A stretch of 64,000 nucleotides of DNA from Candidatus Cloacimonadota bacterium (GTDB lineage: Bacteria; Cloacimonadota; Cloacimonadia; Cloacimonadales; TCS61): assembly GCA_018400535.1 (NCBI GenBank), contig JAGYMQ010000047.1:4997-68996 (forward strand). The letters are read 5' to 3'. The position numbers and the translations under genes are program-made. The notes under the pieces are model-generated. The model made no database searches, was not told the origin of the DNA, and was given only the letters and a program-made list of their open reading frames with translations. Of the stretch, positions 59,120 through 64,000 are shown one piece after another. Position 1 is the first letter of the stretch; each line of letters opens with the position of its first letter.

Positions 59120-59180
59120 ATAAAAAAATGAAAACTTCTTCGGTTTGGAATTAATTTCATAGCTAAAGCTCCAAAGATTG

Positions 59181-59221
59181 AAACTTCCGAATGTTTCAGC
59201 TTGCTGAATCTTCGGAATGTT
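59181..59221. repeat. REP-like imperfect palindrome
   Basis: AAACTTCCGAATGTTTCAGC-TT-GCTGAATCTTCGGAATGTT; related half-sites at 50780-50790 and 50825-50836. Confidence 0.55.
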
Positions 59222-59533
59222 GGCTTAATTCGGCATTTCAATATCGAGCATTTCTGAAAAATCATTATCTGAACAATCGTAAGACTTGAAAAAATCCGAT
59301 GTTCATCATTTTGGAGCTTCTCAAAAATTTCTTTCAACTCATATTTGGAAAGATTCAGAAAGTTTTCCCCAAAAATCACATAAACTATAAATTCATACGA
59401 ATTCACCCAAATTTCATAGAATGATTTTTTCAATATTCCTTTTCTCTCTTCTGGATCCTCTTCTCAATGTTTCACTTTTCCCACAATTGAAACAATCTGC
59501 TTGTTATTTTCGATGATTTACAGCGCTAAATGG

Positions 59534-60889
59534 TCATTTCCCCACGCAAAAATTATCGAAGATCTGCTCCAGGATCTTTTCAGACGTAATTTTACCGATA
59601 ATTTCTTCGAGCGCTTCGCTGGCAGATTTTAGATCGAAAGCGGTGAATTCAAGACCCAATTTATTTTTGAAGGAATCGAGAGCGGCTTGCAATGCTTTGA
59701 TCGCCCTTTTTCCGGCAAGGATCTGACGTAGATTGGTCAAGATACCTTCTTGCAGAAATTCTTCTGAGATTTGAATATCCGTGAGCAATTTTTCTTTCAA
59801 TTCTTGAAGACCGTTTTTTGAAGTTGCAGAACAGACCACGTATCCTTTTTTTCGGAAATTTTCAATCTCCTTTCTGGAAAAGATATCGGATTTGTTCAAA
59901 ACTTTGATGATCCTTTCCTTATCTACGATCTGCGTTAATTTCTGATATTCATCTAAGTTTTCATCGCCATCAATGATGAACAATATCTTGTGCGAATTGG
60001 TAATTATCTGATATGAACGTGCGATACCGATCTTTTCGATCTGATTTTCTGTTTGACGCAAACCAGCGGTATCAAATACTTTCAAGAAATATCCTTGCAA
60101 CGCTATCGCTTCTTCCAGATAATCTCGCGTTGTACCCGGATGAGGTGTTACTATCGCCCGGCTCGTTTGCAATAATCGATTGAAAATGCTGGATTTTCCC
60201 ACATTTGGCGCACCGACCAAACTCACTTTCAGGCCATCACGTAAAATCAGCCCTTCTTCACCGGAATCAACCAACTCTTGAATTTCAGCAATCAATGAGC
60301 TTATCTCATTTTCCGTTTTTTGGCGATCTAATTTTTCCAAACCCTGTTCACTAAAATCGATTTCAAGCTCAAACTGAGTTCTCAATTCAATGATTTTTCC
60401 CAAATAGTTTTCGATCCTGTTGCGTAATCTTCCCTCATATTGCTTCAGTGCAGCTAAATGAGAAAATTTCGTTTTCGCCTGCAAAAGATCGCCAACTGCT
60501 TCCGCTTGCGTCAAACCCAATTTATCATTGAAAAAAGCTCGCTGCGTGAATTCGCCCTTTTCCGCAAGCCGACAATCCACTAGTAGTAATTCTAATATTT
60601 TATTTGCGATGAAAACGCTGCCATGACAGGAAATTTCCACAACATCTTCGCCTGTATAACTATGCGGAGCGATGAATTTTGTCACAATAACTTCATCAAT
60701 TACTTGCTTACCAGATTTGATCTTACCGAAAATAGCTTTGTGAGAAGGATAGCGGGAAAATTTATGAGAGGAATTGAATATCTTCTCGACACAAGGAATA
60801 GCATTTCCTCCGCTCACTCTGATGACAGCGATACCACCGATTCCTGGCGGTGTGGAAATCGCAACGATCGTATCTTGTTTGTAATCCAT
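59534..60889 (-). CDS. mnmE: tRNA modification GTPase MnmE
   Basis: DTIVAISTPPG, SYTGEDVVEISCHG, GEFTQRAF, GAPNVGKSS, PGTTRD, DTAG, FCVGK. Confidence 0.96.
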   Translation of the reverse strand: MDYKQDTIVAISTPPGIGGIAVIRVSGGNAIPCVEKIFNSSHKFSRYPSHKAIFGKIKSGKQVIDEVIVTKFIAPHSYTGEDVVEISCHGSVFIANKILELLLVDCRLAEKGEFTQRAFFNDKLGLTQAEAVGDLLQAKTKFSHLAALKQYEGRLRNRIENYLGKIIELRTQFELEIDFSEQGLEKLDRQKTENEISSLIAEIQELVDSGEEGLILRDGLKVSLVGAPNVGKSSIFNRLLQTSRAIVTPHPGTTRDYLEEAIALQGYFLKVFDTAGLRQTENQIEKIGIARSYQIITNSHKILFIIDGDENLDEYQKLTQIVDKERIIKVLNKSDIFSRKEIENFRKKGYVVCSATSKNGLQELKEKLLTDIQISEEFLQEGILTNLRQILAGKRAIKALQAALDSFKNKLGLEFTAFDLKSASEALEEIIGKITSEKILEQIFDNFCVGK

Positions 60890-62746
60890 TTAGATCATTG
60901 TTTGAATCTGCTTGAGGATCTGCTCATCTGCCAAGCCCAGTTCTTTTTTCAGGTCATTGGTCTTTCCGTGAGGCACGAATTCATCAGGTAAACCAAAAGA
61001 ATGAACTTCTATTTTATGGTGAGCGATTTTATCTTTGATGACACTGCCAAAACCACCAGTCAGTGCATTTTCTTCGAAGGTAAAAATTTTATCGACTTTT
61101 TGGGAAATTTTTTCCAGCGTCTCTGAATCAAAAGGTTTCAGGAATCTGGCATTGATCAAATAGGGTCTCAGTTCTGAATTCTCAGCACAGATTTTTTCAT
61201 AGACGAATTTTGCTGAGTTAAAGGCTTTCCCAATCCCAATTAAAGCAATATTTTTTCCTGCTTTTTGGATTGCAAATTTACCTGCTTCAATTTTGCTTAT
61301 TGCTGTTTCAGAATTGTCAATATTTCCACGTGGATAACGGATCGCGATCGGGCCACCCTGATAATTTTCTGCAAATTTTAGCATTTCTACGAATTCTTCT
61401 TTGTTGGCTGGTGCCATGATCATTAAATTGGGAACAACGTTCAAATATGAAAGATCAAAAGCGCCATGATGCGTTGCTCCATCTTCTCCTACCAGACCGG
61501 CTCTATCCAGACAGAAAACAACAGGTAGCTTTTGTAACGCGACATCATGAATAAGCTGATCATAAGCTCGTTGCAAAAATGTGGAATAGATAGCCACAAA
61601 TGGCTTTAAACCCTGGATAGCAAGTCCACCCGCAAAAGTAACTGCGTGCTGTTCGGCGATCCCGACATCAAAAAATTGCTCAGGAAATTTTTCGGCGAAT
61701 TCGGTCAGACCTGAACCAACCTTCATAGCAGGTGTAATGACGATCAATTTTTTGTTTTTCTTTGCTAAATTGCACATCGTATCACCAAAAACGCTGGAAT
61801 AACTTGGTTGCTTGATCTTCACCGATTTTCCTGTACGCACTTCATAAGGTCCAAGTCCATGAAAGCGCGGTGCATTTTCTTCCGCATATTCATATCCTTT
61901 CCCCTTTTTTGTTACAATATGAATGAAAACGGGCCCGGTCAGATTATTTTTCACTTTATGAAATATGCGGATCAATCTTGGAATGTCATGGCCATCGATC
62001 GGTCCCAGATATTTAAAGCCGAGATCCTCAAAAATAATATTTGGTGCTAAAGTATTGATCAGGCTTTCTTCCAATTTTCTAGCGCTCAAGATTGCTCGGC
62101 GTTTGATCCTGCCTGGAAAATGCTGCACAAAATCCCACACCAGATTTTTTGCTCGATTGTATGAACGGCTGACTAAAATATTTGTGAGATAGGATTGTAA
62201 CGCTCCAACGTTTTTGGAGATAGACATATTATTATCATTGAGGATAACGATCATATCTTTTTGGAGATGACCAGTATGATTGAGTGCTTCGAATGACATT
62301 CCACCGGTCAATGCACCATCGCCAATGATCGCGATCGTTCTTCCCTTTTTCTGCAATTTTTCTCTGGCAACAGCGATGCCGAGTGCTGCCGAAATCGATG
62401 TGCTCGAATGTCCGACGCCAAAGGCATCATATTTGCTTTCTGCAACGTTATTGAATCCGCTGATGCCATTCAATTGTCGCAAAGAATCAAATCGATCGTT
62501 ACGTTCGGTCAATATTTTATAAGCATAGGATTGATGTCCGACATCCCAGACTATGCGATCTTCTAAAGGATCAAACATTTTAAGAAGAGCGATGACGAGG
62601 TCTGTCGCACCCAAACTTGGCGCCACATGACCGCCATTTTTTGCTGTCACTTCGATGATGCGTTTACGGACTTCTATTGCCAATTTAGATAGATCAGATA
62701 GTGAAAGTTTTTTTACATCTACTGGTGATTTTATTTTATTTAACAT
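60890..62746 (-). CDS. dxs: 1-deoxy-D-xylulose-5-phosphate synthase
   Basis: GGHVAPSLG, WDVGHQSY, GHSSTSISA, GDGALTGG, DVGIAEQH, DRAGLVGEDGATH. Confidence 0.96.
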   Translation of the reverse strand: MLNKIKSPVDVKKLSLSDLSKLAIEVRKRIIEVTAKNGGHVAPSLGATDLVIALLKMFDPLEDRIVWDVGHQSYAYKILTERNDRFDSLRQLNGISGFNNVAESKYDAFGVGHSSTSISAALGIAVAREKLQKKGRTIAIIGDGALTGGMSFEALNHTGHLQKDMIVILNDNNMSISKNVGALQSYLTNILVSRSYNRAKNLVWDFVQHFPGRIKRRAILSARKLEESLINTLAPNIIFEDLGFKYLGPIDGHDIPRLIRIFHKVKNNLTGPVFIHIVTKKGKGYEYAEENAPRFHGLGPYEVRTGKSVKIKQPSYSSVFGDTMCNLAKKNKKLIVITPAMKVGSGLTEFAEKFPEQFFDVGIAEQHAVTFAGGLAIQGLKPFVAIYSTFLQRAYDQLIHDVALQKLPVVFCLDRAGLVGEDGATHHGAFDLSYLNVVPNLMIMAPANKEEFVEMLKFAENYQGGPIAIRYPRGNIDNSETAISKIEAGKFAIQKAGKNIALIGIGKAFNSAKFVYEKICAENSELRPYLINARFLKPFDSETLEKISQKVDKIFTFEENALTGGFGSVIKDKIAHHKIEVHSFGLPDEFVPHGKTNDLKKELGLADEQILKQIQTMI

Positions 62747-62850
62747 TTCTACCTCTCGCTTTTGCTAATGATCATTTTTGATCTTGTGTGATAATTCTCA
62801 TTTCAGATTTTTATCAAATTAGAAACTTAAAGATATCTGTCAAACTCAAA

Positions 62851-63468
62851 TTACAAAATTGATTTCATCAACCATTTTTTAAAATTATCTATCCCAAATT
62901 TTTTTTTGGAAGAAAAGGCGATTATCTCTTCATCAGAAAGATAAAATTCTTTCTGCAAATTTTGCAAGCTGATTGGAATTCTTGTTTTTCCGATCTTGTC
63001 AGCTTTCGTTGCCACGACTAAAAAAGGGATTTCCATTTTTTTCGCCAGCTCCAGCATTATCTCATCTTTCTCATCTTTTTTGCGGCGAATATCGATCAGA
63101 ATGATGACGCCACGCAATTGAATTCGTTGCTGAAAAAAGATAGCGATCATTTCTTTCCATTTTTCTCGTTCTTTTTTGCTAACTTTTGCATAACCATAGC
63201 CAGGAAGATCAACAAAATTCATAAAGCCGATCTGTTCGGAATCATGCCGGCGAAATCGTATTTGATAAAAATTGATCAGCCTGGTCTTGCCAGGTTTCGT
63301 GCTGATGCGGGCAATTTGTTTACGGTTCAAGATCGTGTTGATGAAAGAAGATTTTCCAACGTTTGATCTTCCCACAAAAGCCAATTCCAAAAAAGCTGAG
63401 GCAGGATATTGATCTGGTTTCACTGCGCTTTTCAAAAATTCAGATTGGATAAAATCGATCATAATCAC
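62851..63468 (-). CDS. engB: Ribosome biogenesis GTPase EngB (YihA/YsxC)
   Basis: GRSNVGKSS, PGKT, DLPGYGYAKVS, TKADK. Confidence 0.94.
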   Translation of the reverse strand: MIMIDFIQSEFLKSAVKPDQYPASAFLELAFVGRSNVGKSSFINTILNRKQIARISTKPGKTRLINFYQIRFRRHDSEQIGFMNFVDLPGYGYAKVSKKEREKWKEMIAIFFQQRIQLRGVIILIDIRRKKDEKDEIMLELAKKMEIPFLVVATKADKIGKTRIPISLQNLQKEFYLSDEEIIAFSSKKKFGIDNFKKWLMKSIL

Positions 63469-63839
63469 CTTTCTTCAGAATAGATCACAGAAGTATTGTC
63501 TGATTCCCAGATCTCGACTTGTGCTAATTGGCAATTTTCATTGTTGATACGTTTTTTCATCTCAGAAAAGAAAAAATGTGCAATATTTTCAGACGTTGGA
63601 TTCTTATGACTGAAATCAGTAATTTCATTCAAATATTTATGGTCCAATTTTTTTAGAACTTCATTCATTTTTTCTTTGACAATGCCATAATCGATCGTCA
63701 TTCCAATCTTGTCTGTGCGTTGACAATCGATCGCTACTTTCACCTTCCAATTGTGTCCGTGCAAATTCTGGCAAGCGCCTTGATACCCGAGTAATTTATG
63801 AGCTGCCGAAAAATCGGCGATCACGTTTAAACGAAACAT
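63465..63839 (-). CDS. queD: 6-carboxy-5,6,7,8-tetrahydropterin synthase
   Basis: FSAAH, CQNLHGHN, LDHKYLN, PTSENIA, IWES. Confidence 0.93.
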   Translation of the reverse strand: MFRLNVIADFSAAHKLLGYQGACQNLHGHNWKVKVAIDCQRTDKIGMTIDYGIVKEKMNEVLKKLDHKYLNEITDFSHKNPTSENIAHFFFSEMKKRINNENCQLAQVEIWESDNTSVIYSEER

Positions 63840-63960
63840 AAAAGTTCTCCATTAATCTTTTTCTCAAAAATTTTTATAATAATATTTTGTAAAGAACTTT
63901 CAAATTGACAAAAATGAGCCACATTTGAATTTTCCCTTATCAGAAAATGAGGAGCACTGA

Positions 63961-64000
63961 ATGAAATGTAAAGGTAAGATCAAAACTGTAAATAGTTCTG
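63961..64000 (+). CDS. Start of a gene running off the right edge (MKCKGKIKTVNSS...)
   Basis: TTGACA at 63905 and GAGGAG RBS upstream of ATG 63961; only 13 codons visible. Confidence 0.5.
   Translation, partial: MKCKGKIKTVNSS

Noticed and set aside
59068..59433. 121-aa minus-strand ORF between mnmE and perR
   Set aside because: It has a TTG start and no motifs, and it runs through REP-like palindromes and the perR promoter, so it is probably non-coding.
22261..63839. queE and queD as part of a 7-deazaguanine DNA-modification (dpd) island
   Set aside because: The genes are about 40 kb apart among housekeeping genes with no dpdA/tgt-like neighbours; ordinary queuosine synthesis explains them.

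Overview
A gene-dense, AT-rich (roughly one-third GC by eye) bacterial chromosome segment read with the standard genetic code. The gene content suggests an anaerobic diderm, most likely Candidatus Cloacimonadota (inference, not tested). Housekeeping genes: glnS, holB, gltX, thrS, kdsD, mnmE, dxs, engB, queD, queE, fhs and tRNA-Pro(CGG). Regulators: a PhoBR-like pair with a coupled mini sigma factor, a TPR-sigma54 activator and a four-gene phosphorelay. Two real genes are missing from the ORF track: a large cleaved-adhesin/MAM-like surface protein (1-1892, running off the left edge) and a 46-aa rubredoxin (53527-53667). The most unusual items are: (1) an uncharacterised four-gene DUF6754 membrane operon with internal A-B-A'-B' symmetry (10963-16122); (2) an NqrBCDEF-like cluster with no NqrA, RnfC or RnfB, carrying an extra 151-aa gene and flanked by di-iron ferritin-like paralogues at the end of a PerR-headed oxidative-stress gene run (45482-59056); (3) a 460-bp intergenic stack of about nine different short repeat or REP-like motifs with no cargo gene (42262-42720); (4) strong over-representation of GATC in the stretches counted. 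No CRISPR array, transposase, integrase or prophage was seen.
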